Shown here: piece after piece, positions 24,280-32,202 of the stretch
Layout of the letters: the number at the start of each line of letters is the position of its first letter
Numbering within the stretch: position 1 is the stretch's first letter
Assembly (NCBI GenBank): GCA_022798155.1
Contig: JAAWLY010000001.1
Location: 1-32,202 of the forward strand
DNA length: 32,202 nucleotides
DNA from: Lawsonibacter sp.
GTDB taxonomy: Bacteria > Bacillota > Clostridia > Oscillospirales > Oscillospiraceae
Reading direction: 5' to 3'
Translations under genes and position numbers: made by a program
The notes under the pieces: generated by a model
Database searches by the model: none
Seen by the model: the letters and a program-made list of their open reading frames with translations, nothing else
Told to the model about the DNA's origin: nothing

Positions 24280-25179
24280 TTGGAGCATCAGGACTACACG
24301 CCCGGCCAGGGCGCCGGCAGAGAGGAGACGGGCGACCGCTTCCAATGGGAAATTCACATGGCCGATATCCTCAGATCCCGTTTTAAAACCATGACCACTG
24401 TGGATCTGGACAGCGGCCGGTGCCAGCTTATGGACCTGAGCCGGCCCGCCGGCCCTGAGAACCCTCTGACTCTGGACTATGCGCACTGCATCCAGCAGAC
24501 CGCCGCCAACGACGTCCACCCGGAGGATATGGAACAATTCCGGGACGTTCTCTCCCTGGAACATCTGCGGGAAAAGGCCCTGGCGCTTACCGAGGGCTGT
24601 GAGGAGGAGGTCTGCATCCACCGCCGCCCGGGCGAGCCAGTGCGCTGGACGGAGCTGCGGGTGATCTACAGCCATCGCGGCCGGCAGACAGCAGTCAATA
24701 TCCTGGGCCAGGACATCACCAGCGAAAAGCGCCAGGAGGCCCTCCGGCAGCAGGCCATGGAGGACCGCTCCTATATCATCAGCAGCCTGAGCAGCCTGTT
24801 TTTCTCCACCTATTATATAGACTTGGAGCAGGACACCTTCCGCCCTGTCACCCAGCTGCGCCGGGTAAAGGACATTCTGGGCAGCGAGGTCAACTGCACC
24901 GCCGCTCTGCAGGTCTATGCCAACCACTTCATCCATCCCGACGACCGGGAGGAGTATCTCAGCGTCATGAATATGCAAAACCTTCGGCAGAGCCTGCGGT
25001 GGTGGAACCCCTATGTGGCGGTGGAGTACCGCAAACTGCCCGAAAGCCAAACCAACCGCCTGGAGTGGGTGCGGGCCACCGCGGTGCTGGCCCGCGCCGC
25101 CGGAGACGACGCTCCCAAAACCGCCGTCTATGTGGCCCAGGATATTTCTGACAGTAAGCATAAGGCTTGCAAGCCTTAA
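24280..25179 (+). CDS. Tandem PAS-like domain protein with no output domain
   Basis: Two units each with (V/I)HP(E/D)D, ..W(T/V).. and QDI(T/S); TTG start after AGGAGG, because the ORF-track ATG lies inside the promoter. Confidence 0.7.
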   Translation: MEHQDYTPGQGAGREETGDRFQWEIHMADILRSRFKTMTTVDLDSGRCQLMDLSRPAGPENPLTLDYAHCIQQTAANDVHPEDMEQFRDVLSLEHLREKALALTEGCEEEVCIHRRPGEPVRWTELRVIYSHRGRQTAVNILGQDITSEKRQEALRQQAMEDRSYIISSLSSLFFSTYYIDLEQDTFRPVTQLRRVKDILGSEVNCTAALQVYANHFIHPDDREEYLSVMNMQNLRQSLRWWNPYVAVEYRKLPESQTNRLEWVRATAVLARAAGDDAPKTAVYVAQDISDSKHKACKP

Positions 25180-25211
25180 TTGGGCCGGCCCGCCGGGAAA
25201 GGATGCGCTTT

Positions 25212-26135
25212 ATGGAGAAAAATAAAATTTTGGTGATTGACGACAGCCCCGTCCAGGCGGAGTTTTTGTGCTCCGTGCTTCAGGACGACTACCAGGTCAC
25301 CGTCTGCCACACGACCCAGGAAGGAGAGGAGGCCGCCAAAAGCGGCAAATACTCCCTGATCCTGCTGGACGTCGTTATGCCTGAAATAGACGGCTTTACC
25401 CTGCTCCAGAAACTAAAATCCACCAAACTCACTGAACATATTCCCGTCATTCTCCTCACCAGCCTGTCCGACATCCAGTATGAGGAGCGGGGGCTCCTGC
25501 TGGGGGCGGTGGACTACGTGGCCAAGCCCGTCAGCCCGGTTATCATCAAGGCCCGAGTCAACACCCATATCCAGCTCTACCAGTATCAAATGCGCTTTAA
25601 GGAACAGGCCCTGATAGACGAGCTGACCGGCGTGGCCAACCGGCGCCGCTACGAGGGGGAGAGCCTGTCCAAATGGCAGGAGGCAATCCGCTTCAGCCTG
25701 CCTTTTTCCGTGTGCATGATGGATATTGACAAGTTCAAGCTCTACAACGATACCTTCGGCCACCCCGCCGGAGATCAAGTGATCGCCTCGGTGGCACAGA
25801 CGGTGTCCTCCCACTTCCGCCGGGCCACCGACCTCTTCGCCCGCTACGGCGGCGAGGAGTTTGTGGCCGTCTTTGTGGGCAACAAGGGCCAATCCGCCTT
25901 CCGCTTCTTACAGACCATCCGCCAGGCGGTGGAGGAACTGCACATTCCCCACAACTCCCCCGTCTCCCCCTGGGTCACCATCAGTGTGGGCGGCGTCAGC
26001 CTAGTGCCCAACGCGGGAGAGAGCTACGACACCTACCTGAAGCTGGCTGACACCATGCTCTACGACGCCAAGCGCTTTGGCCGCAACCAGGTGGTGTGGT
26101 ACGACGAGGACAAAAACCAGCTGCGGGAGAAGTAA
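25212..26135 (+). CDS. Response-regulator diguanylate cyclase (REC-GGDEF)
   Basis: ILVIDD, LLDVVMP, DYVAKP; DELTGVANRR, DIDKFK.YND.FGH..GD, RATD I-site, RYGGEEF. Confidence 0.95.
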   Translation: MEKNKILVIDDSPVQAEFLCSVLQDDYQVTVCHTTQEGEEAAKSGKYSLILLDVVMPEIDGFTLLQKLKSTKLTEHIPVILLTSLSDIQYEERGLLLGAVDYVAKPVSPVIIKARVNTHIQLYQYQMRFKEQALIDELTGVANRRRYEGESLSKWQEAIRFSLPFSVCMMDIDKFKLYNDTFGHPAGDQVIASVAQTVSSHFRRATDLFARYGGEEFVAVFVGNKGQSAFRFLQTIRQAVEELHIPHNSPVSPWVTISVGGVSLVPNAGESYDTYLKLADTMLYDAKRFGRNQVVWYDEDKNQLREK

Positions 26136-26153
26136 AAAGGGGGGAGGGACGGC

Positions 26154-27146
26154 ATGCCCATTCAGATTGTCCGGAACGACATCACCAAAATGAAGGTAGA
26201 CGCCATTGTCAACGCCGCCAATCGCACCCTGCTGGGCGGCGGAGGCGTGGATGGCTGCATCCACCGGGCGGCAGGACCCGAGCTGCTGGCCGAGTGCCGC
26301 ACCTTGGGGGGCTGCGATACGGGGTGCGCCAAGCTCACCCGGGCCTACCGGCTGCCCTGCAAATACGTCATCCACACCGTAGGCCCCGTCTGGCGCGGGG
26401 GCGGCCGGGGAGAACGGGAACTGCTCTCCTCCTGCTACCGCGCCTGTCTGGAGCTGGCCCTGGCTCATCAGTGCGAGACGGTGGCCTTCCCCCTCATCTC
26501 CTCCGGCGTCTACGGCTACCCCAAGGACAAGGCCCTCCAGGTGGCCATGGAGGCCGTGGGGACCTTCCTGCTGGATCACGAGATGACGGTGTACCTCGTC
26601 ATCTTCGACCGGGCCTCCTACCAGATCAGCACAAAGCTGTTTTCCGACCTCGCCGCTTATATCGACCAGAACTATGTGGACCAGCACACCGACTCATTTC
26701 TAGAGCAGCTCCGGTACAGCCAGGTAAGAGAAAAGGCGGCCCGCGCCCCCATGGCCGCCCCCATGCCCCAGACAGAGATTGGCCTGGAACAGGCCCTGAG
26801 CCGGCTGGACGAGGGCTTTTCCCAAACCCTGCTGCAGAAAATTGATGAGAGCGGCATGACCGACGCCCAGTGCTACAAAAAAGCCAACATCGACCGCAAG
26901 CTCTTCTCCAAAATCAGAAGCAACCCGGCCTACCGCCCCAGCAAGCCCACCGCCCTGGCTTTCGCCGTGGCCCTGGAGCTATCCCTGGAGGAGACCGACG
27001 AGCTGCTGCGCCGGGCGGGTCTGGCCCTGTCTCACGCCAACAAGTTCGATATCATCGTGGAGTACTTCATCTCCCGGGGCAGCTACGATATCTTTACCAT
27101 CAACGAGGCCCTCTTCGCCTTTGACCAGCCCCTGCTGGGCGGCTGA
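26154..27146 (+). CDS. Macro-domain protein (ADP-ribose binding/hydrolase) fused to a C-terminal HTH-like domain
   Basis: [45 protein letters not shown]; C-terminal [16 protein letters not shown]...YRPSK.T. Confidence 0.9.
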   Translation: MPIQIVRNDITKMKVDAIVNAANRTLLGGGGVDGCIHRAAGPELLAECRTLGGCDTGCAKLTRAYRLPCKYVIHTVGPVWRGGGRGERELLSSCYRACLELALAHQCETVAFPLISSGVYGYPKDKALQVAMEAVGTFLLDHEMTVYLVIFDRASYQISTKLFSDLAAYIDQNYVDQHTDSFLEQLRYSQVREKAARAPMAAPMPQTEIGLEQALSRLDEGFSQTLLQKIDESGMTDAQCYKKANIDRKLFSKIRSNPAYRPSKPTALAFAVALELSLEETDELLRRAGLALSHANKFDIIVEYFISRGSYDIFTINEALFAFDQPLLGG

Positions 27147-27149
27147 TTT

Positions 27150-27193
27150 GTCGCCCGTCAGGCGACCCTGAGCCAGGAAAAAACTTCTATACT
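27150..27193 (+). promoter_or_regulatory. Palindromic operator plus -10 box upstream of the vWA gene
   Basis: GTCGCC-N5-GGCGAC (27150-27166) abuts the -35 position of TATACT (27188-27193); no TTGACA-like -35. Confidence 0.55.
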
Positions 27194-27250
27194 ATGATCG
27201 TAACCGGCAAGCTCCAGGGCTTGACAAACATCATACAGGAGGTTCTTTCT

Positions 27251-27895
27251 ATGAAACAGGGTTTAACCGAGATCATCTTCATTCTGGACCGCAGCGGCTC
27301 TATGAGCGGGCTGGAGGCGGACACCATCGGCGGATTCAACTCTCTGCTGGAACAGCAGAAGAAGGAGCCGGGGGAGGCCCTTCTCTCCACCGTCCTATTC
27401 GACAACGAGTGCCAGGTCCTCCACGACCGGGTGGAGCTGTGTCAGGTGGCTCCCATGACCCAACGGGACTACTTTGTCCGGGGGTGCACCGCCCTGCTGG
27501 ACGCGGTGGGCGGGGCCATCCACCACATCGGCAATGTCCACAAATACGCCCGGCCCGAGGACGTGCCCCAGCGCACGCTGGTGGTCATCACCACCGACGG
27601 GATGGAGAACGCCAGCCACCGGTACACCCTCTCCCAGGTGAAGGAGATGGTCCGGCGGCAGCAGGAGAAATACGGTTGGGAGTTTCTCTTCCTGGGGGCC
27701 AACATCGACGCGGTGGAAACCGCCGGCAGCATGGGCATCGCCCCCCAGCGGGCGGCCAATTTCCACTGTGACGAAGAGGGCACCCAACTCAACTACCAGG
27801 TGCTCAGCGAAACCCTGTGCTCCGTCCGGGCCGGCGCGCCCCTGGCCGCAGGGTGGAAGAAGCGCATCGACCGGGATTTTAAGCATCGCAGATGA
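27251..27895 (+). CDS. Stand-alone vWA domain protein
   Basis: MIDAS DRSGSM, G.TALLDA, ITTDG.EN.S; SD AGGAGG. Confidence 0.9.
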   Translation: MKQGLTEIIFILDRSGSMSGLEADTIGGFNSLLEQQKKEPGEALLSTVLFDNECQVLHDRVELCQVAPMTQRDYFVRGCTALLDAVGGAIHHIGNVHKYARPEDVPQRTLVVITTDGMENASHRYTLSQVKEMVRRQQEKYGWEFLFLGANIDAVETAGSMGIAPQRAANFHCDEEGTQLNYQVLSETLCSVRAGAPLAAGWKKRIDRDFKHRR

Positions 27896-27936
27896 AAAAC
27901 GGGCCCCGGCTTACGCCAGGGCTCTCCTGTCTTTCT

Positions 27937-28056
27937 TTACGCCGTGAGGGCCAGCTCCTCCATGGCCTCCCGCTCGTTGTCGGCAGAGAAGCAAAACCGC
28001 CCCGCCCAGTCGTAAACCTCTACGTGACCTCTCACCCAAATAATGTTGTAATCCAT
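27937..28056 (-). CDS. 39-aa small protein (MDYNIIWVRGHVEVYDWAGRFCFSADNEREAMEELALTA)
   Basis: Strong SD GGAAAGGAG; host-like codons; beta-beta-beta-alpha residue pattern. Confidence 0.7.
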   Translation of the reverse strand: MDYNIIWVRGHVEVYDWAGRFCFSADNEREAMEELALTA

Positions 28057-28150
28057 CGTGTCTTGCTCCTTTCCTGTATTGTGACTACAGTATACAAGAG
28101 AAACAGTCCTATAAACCGGACTTTTATTTGGCTCGAAGGAGGGCGCTTTA

Positions 28151-28312
28151 TTGGACACTATCTTTTATACGGTCCGGGCCATCAACGGGGACTACGCCGA
28201 CTTGGTCACCGACGACGGGAGGGAACACTCCATCACCATGTTCCTGCTCCCCGAGGGCACCACCCTGGGCAGCAGGCTGAAGCTGGAGAACTTTCAGTGG
28301 GAACTGGAGTAA
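28151..28312 (+). CDS. 53-aa small beta-rich protein, DUF3006-like (absent from the ORF track)
   Basis: SD AAGGAGG, TTG start, MDTIFYTVRAINGDYADLVTDDGREHSITMFLLPEGTTLGSRLKLENFQWELE; GC3-rich codons. Confidence 0.75.
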   Translation: MDTIFYTVRAINGDYADLVTDDGREHSITMFLLPEGTTLGSRLKLENFQWELE

Positions 28313-28317
28313 AGGGC

Positions 28318-28346
28318 TTGCGTCCCATAGGTGTCTGTGTTATACT
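28318..28346 (+). promoter_or_regulatory. Sigma-A promoter with extended -10
   Basis: TTGCGT-17 bp-TATACT, preceded by TGn. Confidence 0.6.
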
Positions 28347-28386
28347 GCAGAAAGCAAATTCCTTGAAAAAGAAAGGAAGAGACACC

Positions 28387-28770
28387 ATGGGAATTTTTGA
28401 TTACCTCAGCACCTTCATCACACTGGTACCGGTTGTAATTATTGTCGTCCTGTTTGTAGTAAAGCGTGGGCAGTACAAAAACAAATCCAACGCCGGGGCG
28501 TTTTTCTTTGAGAACGGCAGCCTGGTGCTGAACACGGCAATCCCCACCCCCATCCCCTTTGAGAACATCGACCGCGTGGAGCTGTCCTATAGCTCCTGGG
28601 AGCTGGAAAACAGGCTGTCCTACAGCCTGGGGGTGGCGGTGTTCAAGAGGGACGGCAAAAAGAAGCGGGTGTACTACAAGGGCTACAAGACCTCCAAGCT
28701 GGCCACCCCCTATGACATGGAGTCCGCCCTGAAAGAACACGGCATCCCCTGCGTGATGGTGGAGAAATAA
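28387..28770 (+). CDS. Small membrane protein (one TM helix plus a beta-rich, possibly PH-like domain)
   Basis: SD AAAGGA; true start ATG 28387 inside the 292-aa track ORF; N-terminal hydrophobic helix. Confidence 0.7.
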   Translation: MGIFDYLSTFITLVPVVIIVVLFVVKRGQYKNKSNAGAFFFENGSLVLNTAIPTPIPFENIDRVELSYSSWELENRLSYSLGVAVFKRDGKKKRVYYKGYKTSKLATPYDMESALKEHGIPCVMVEK

Positions 28771-28771
28771 G

Positions 28772-28799
28772 GAAATCCCGGCCTTGCGACCGGGATTTC
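28772..28799. terminator. Bidirectional terminator hairpin
   Basis: GAAATCCCGGCCTTGCGACCGGGATTTC between convergent genes. Confidence 0.75.
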
Positions 28800-28804
28800 T
28801 TACG

Positions 28805-29140
28805 TTATGGGCGTTGAATATAAACCGTTATCTTGACGCTTTTTTGCTTGCAGTTGTCTATTACATATTTTGTCCCTCTGGACTCTCCATCCCAGAACAC
28901 AATGACCTCATCGGCGCAGTCAATAATTTGAAGATTGCGTTTTAAGGGCGCACTGCGGCCATATTTCTCATATTCAGGCAGAAATTCGGTCAATTTCAGA
29001 TGGTTCCTTTGCGCGTATTCTCTGGCACAGGCGTCGATTCCTTTCGCATCGCCTGAGACGATTTCCGTTACTTCCGCTGGCAGATATTTGTCCAGGTCTG
29101 ATACTGTTAAATTTCTGGAGCCGATGACAGCAATTTTCAT
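28805..29140 (-). CDS. SLOG-superfamily protein (YspA/DUF2493-like)
   Basis: KIAVIGSR, IVSGxAKGID, YG..APLKRN, FWDG.S.GT motifs; low GC. Confidence 0.8.
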   Translation of the reverse strand: MKIAVIGSRNLTVSDLDKYLPAEVTEIVSGDAKGIDACAREYAQRNHLKLTEFLPEYEKYGRSAPLKRNLQIIDCADEVIVFWDGESRGTKYVIDNCKQKSVKITVYIQRP

Positions 29141-29263
29141 AGGACATCTCCCCAAAAGTATTCATCATAATTGCGTCATTATACCACCAATTTTGCTGTG
29201 ACGCAATAACAACATTATAATTCAACTAAAATGATGCAATACTGACGAAGGAGAGACGCATAT

Positions 29264-29443
29264 ATGGATGATATACTTCTGAGATATACGCTTCGGGTCA
29301 ATCGGAGGCTGTTTCAAAAATTTCGTTATATTGCCGAAGCGGAAGGGCGCTCTGCCAATAAGGAGATCGAGCAGTATCTGAAAAGACGGGTGGCGGTATA
29401 CGAAAAGGAACACGGGGAGATTCCAGTTGAACCAGAATCATAA
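29264..29443 (+). CDS. Arc-family ribbon-helix-helix DNA-binding protein, 59 aa (absent from the ORF track)
   Basis: SD AAGGAG; YTLRV...L..KF..IA..EGRS.NKEIE pattern typical of Arc/Mnt. Confidence 0.82.
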   Translation: MDDILLRYTLRVNRRLFQKFRYIAEAEGRSANKEIEQYLKRRVAVYEKEHGEIPVEPES

Positions 29444-29447
29444 CATA

Positions 29448-29480
29448 AAGCGGCACACGGTAGCTCCGTGTGCCGTTTTT
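29448..29480. terminator. Bidirectional intrinsic terminator
   Basis: AAGCGGCACACGG-TAGCT-CCGTGTGCCGTTTTT. Confidence 0.85.
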
Positions 29481-29493
29481 CTGCCTGATGTAA

Positions 29494-30834
29494 TTACTTG
29501 TTGCTCCTTCTCCAGATGTGCATCTTCTCGGCGTCCTGGATCAGCTGCTCCCGGAACTGGGGGGCGGCGATGGAGATGATAGCCTCGGCCCGCTCCCAGG
29601 TGGACAGGCCTTTCAGGTTAATCATGCCGTGCTCGGTGACCACATACTGCACGCAGGAACGGGGGTCAGTTGCGATGGAGCCGGGGGTGAGGGTGGGGAC
29701 AATGCGGCTTTTCACGGTGCCGTCCCTGCCGGTGACGGTGGAGGACATACAGATAAAGCTCTTGCCCCCTTTGGACAGGTAGGCGCCCATGGCGAAGTCC
29801 AGCTGGCCGCCGGTGCCGGAGATGTGCTTGATGCCAGCGGACTCGGCGTTGACCTGGCCGAACAGGTCCATGTCGATGGCGTTGTTGATGGAGATGAAGT
29901 TGTCGATCTGGGCCATCACCCGCACGTCGTTGGTGTAGTCTACCGGGGCGGCCATCACGTCGGGGTTGCGGTTGACGTAGTCGTAGAGCTTCTGGGTGCC
30001 GGCGGCAAAGGCGAACACCTGCCGGCCCCTGTCCACCGCCTTGTGCCGGCCGGTGATCTTGCCGGCGGCGGCCATGTCCACAAAGCCGTCCACATACATC
30101 TCGGTATGTACCGACAAATCCTTCAGGTCGGATTGGGCGATCATAGCGCCGATGGTGTTGGGCATACCGCCGATGCCCAGCTGGAGGCAGGCCCCGTTGG
30201 GGATCTGGGGGACCACCAGGTTGGCCACCGCCCGGTCCACGTCGGTAGCGGCTCCGCCCCCGCCCAGCTGAGCCATCGGGGGATTTTCACCCTCTACCAC
30301 ATAGGTCACGTCCTGGATATTGATTTCGGTGCCGGTCAGGCCAAAGACCCAGGGCATGTTCTGGTTGACCTCTACAATAATGCACTTGGCCCGGGCCATG
30401 ATGTCGGCCAGATGGGAGGCGGCCAGACCGAAGTTGAAATTGCCGTGGGCATCCATGGGGGTGGTCTGGACCATCACCACGTCCACCGGGTCCAGGTTCT
30501 CCCGGTAGAACCGGGGCAGCTCAGAGTAGCGCATCGGGCCGAAGTAGCCCATCCCCTTGGCGATGACCTTGCGGTCGATGCCGCTGCAGTGCCAGGAGTG
30601 CCAGGTGAAGTGATCGCCTGCGTCGTCGGCCTTGGCGATTTCAGGCATCCACATGGTGACGCCGCCCCGCACCTTTACGTCGGTCAGCTCGTCCTTCCGG
30701 CCGGCCAGGGCCTTGTCCAGGGCCACAGGGTGGTTGGTGCACCAGGTGTAGTCCACCCAGTCCCCCGACTTGACCACCTTGACGGCCTCGGCGGCGGTGG
30801 TCAGCTTCTGCTGGTAAAGGGCTTGATAATCCAT
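29494..30834 (-). CDS. but: Butyryl-CoA:acetate CoA-transferase (acetyl-CoA hydrolase/transferase family)
   Basis: [61 protein letters not shown]. Confidence 0.88.
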   Translation of the reverse strand: MDYQALYQQKLTTAAEAVKVVKSGDWVDYTWCTNHPVALDKALAGRKDELTDVKVRGGVTMWMPEIAKADDAGDHFTWHSWHCSGIDRKVIAKGMGYFGPMRYSELPRFYRENLDPVDVVMVQTTPMDAHGNFNFGLAASHLADIMARAKCIIVEVNQNMPWVFGLTGTEINIQDVTYVVEGENPPMAQLGGGGAATDVDRAVANLVVPQIPNGACLQLGIGGMPNTIGAMIAQSDLKDLSVHTEMYVDGFVDMAAAGKITGRHKAVDRGRQVFAFAAGTQKLYDYVNRNPDVMAAPVDYTNDVRVMAQIDNFISINNAIDMDLFGQVNAESAGIKHISGTGGQLDFAMGAYLSKGGKSFICMSSTVTGRDGTVKSRIVPTLTPGSIATDPRSCVQYVVTEHGMINLKGLSTWERAEAIISIAAPQFREQLIQDAEKMHIWRRSNK

Positions 30835-30869
30835 GATGTTTTCCTCCTATTGATGTATCGATGTATCTT

Positions 30870-30902
30870 TATGTAGGGGCGGACATTGTCCGCCCCTACA
30901 TA
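30870..30902. repeat. Perfect palindrome with GTAG-type REP ends
   Basis: TATGTAGGGGCGGACA-T-TGTCCGCCCCTACATA (16-bp arms, 1-nt centre). Confidence 0.7.
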
Positions 30903-30912
30903 CCGTGGCAGG

Positions 30913-32202
30913 TCATCGTCCGATGTCCAGGTAGTAGGGCTTCATCAGGCTGGGCTGCTCGGTGGAGTCCTTGGGCTGGTTCTTCCGCGGGGGTTCCGGG
31001 GGCATTCGGTAATCCCGGCGGGGGGGCTTGGGGCTCCCTTTCTTCTTGGACTGCTGGGGGGCAGCCTTTTTCGGGGGCTCCTGTTTGGCGGGCTTTTGGC
31101 CCTTCTTGGCTTTAGGCTGTTCCGGCTTGGACTGTCTGGTCTTTTGGGGCCCCTCCGGTTTTGCCCGCTTTTTCTTCTGCTCTGGCTGTTTCTTCTGGGC
31201 CTTCTCCCCACCCTTGGGCAGGATGGAGGACAGCAGCGACCGCTTGGGGGCCAGCAGACGGGCGGTGGCGTCCATAATGGTATCGCTGTCCAGAGGGTTA
31301 GGCCGGTAAAATTCAGTGTTGGGCATAGCGTCGCCGGTGTCCATCAGGGTGCCGGGACGCACCCCACGCTTGGGGGCGGCTGGAGGTGTGGGCAGGTAGT
31401 CGGGCTCTTCCTCCGCAGGGGCGGCGTCCACAGGGGCGGCGGGCCGGAGGATGACCTCCTCCGGCAGGCCGGCGCCTTTCTTTTTCCGGCGGCGCTTCTT
31501 TTTGGCGGGGGTTTCAGCGGGGACGGACTCCTCGCGCGCGGCCTCCTTCTGCCTGAGTGCCTGTTCGGCCAGCCGCTTGGCCTCCTCCCGCTGGCGGCGC
31601 AGCTCCCGGGCAGCGGTCCTGGCCTCCTGGTCCTCCTCGTTGATGATTTTGCCATTTTTGTCCCGCTTGGGGGCCTCGAAAATCTGCATAGGGTAGGGGT
31701 GGCCCTCCACCAGGGGCACCTTTTTGCCAATGAGCTTCTCAATGTCTTTCAGCAAGGGCTTCTCCCCGAAGTCGCAGAAGGCGATGGCCTCCCCCCCTCT
31801 GCCCGCCCGACCGGTGCGGCCGATGCGGTGGACATAGGTTTCAGGCACCTCGGGCAGGTTGTAGTTGAACACATGGGACAGCTCCTCGATATCCAGCCCC
31901 CGGGCAGCGATGTCGGTGGCCACCAGGCAGCGGACCCGTCCCGCCTTGAAGTCGGCCAGCGCCTGCTGGCGGGCGGTCTGGCTCTTGTTGCCGTGGATGG
32001 CGGCGGCGGAGATGCCCGCCTTGGCCAGGTCCCGGGCCACCTTGTTGGCTCCGTGTTTGGTGCGGGTGAACACCAGGGCATTTTTTGCCCGCTTCTTCTC
32101 CATCAGATGGGCCAGCAGATTGGTCTTGTTCCCCTTGTCCACCAGGTAGACGCTCTGGCGGATCACCTCCACCGGGGAGGAGATGGGGTCCACCGCCACC
32201 TT
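30913..32202 (-). CDS. DEAD-box RNA helicase (RhlE-like), 5' part outside the window, with a long basic C-terminal tail
   Basis: [39 protein letters not shown] (motifs IV-VI). Confidence 0.93.
   Translation of the reverse strand, partial: KVAVDPISSPVEVIRQSVYLVDKGNKTNLLAHLMEKKRAKNALVFTRTKHGANKVARDLAKAGISAAAIHGNKSQTARQQALADFKAGRVRCLVATDIAARGLDIEELSHVFNYNLPEVPETYVHRIGRTGRAGRGGEAIAFCDFGEKPLLKDIEKLIGKKVPLVEGHPYPMQIFEAPKRDKNGKIINEEDQEARTAARELRRQREEAKRLAEQALRQKEAAREESVPAETPAKKKRRRKKKGAGLPEEVILRPAAPVDAAPAEEEPDYLPTPPAAPKRGVRPGTLMDTGDAMPNTEFYRPNPLDSDTIMDATARLLAPKRSLLSSILPKGGEKAQKKQPEQKKKRAKPEGPQKTRQSKPEQPKAKKGQKPAKQEPPKKAAPQQSKKKGSPKPPRRDYRMPPEPPRKNQPKDSTEQPSLMKPYYLDIGR

Noticed and set aside
27892-28386. 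N-terminal part of the 292-aa track ORF
   Set aside because: It overlaps two better-supported small genes and a promoter; the real start is 28387.
30852-30875. GATGTAT short tandem repeats as a CRISPR or iteron array
   Set aside because: Only two to three 7-bp units and no spacers; no CRISPR array is visible anywhere in the window.

Overview
GC-rich window from a spore-forming Clostridia genome, probably Oscillospiraceae-like (inferred from spoIIR, butyryl-CoA:acetate CoA-transferase, DegV and high-GC codon usage). About 29 CDSs are supportable. They include housekeeping and envelope genes (HMG-CoA lyase, DegV, SGNH protein + DUF4358 lipoprotein, metallophosphoesterase, MurJ + DUF5693, NhaC, SpoIIR, M20 amidohydrolase + YfcC, S58 peptidase, But, a 5'-truncated DEAD-box helicase). 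There is also an 8-kb five-gene SWIM / HEAT-repeat / MoxR-AAA / DUF5682 / vWA operon related to E. coli yehL-M-P-Q, a PAS - REC-GGDEF - Macro-HTH - vWA run, and a small low-GC SLOG + Arc-like repressor pair. The non-coding layer is rich. It has a ~200-nt structured leader with its own antisense promoter and terminator (3933-4170) and three copies of a ~160-bp MITE-like element, one nested in a REP-like hairpin with a TA duplication. A REP-like palindrome pair sits in frame inside the DUF5682 gene, and there is a collapsed GTAG-type palindrome. No rRNA, tRNA, CRISPR array, transposase or integrase was seen. All family assignments come from motif recognition by eye; no database search was run.
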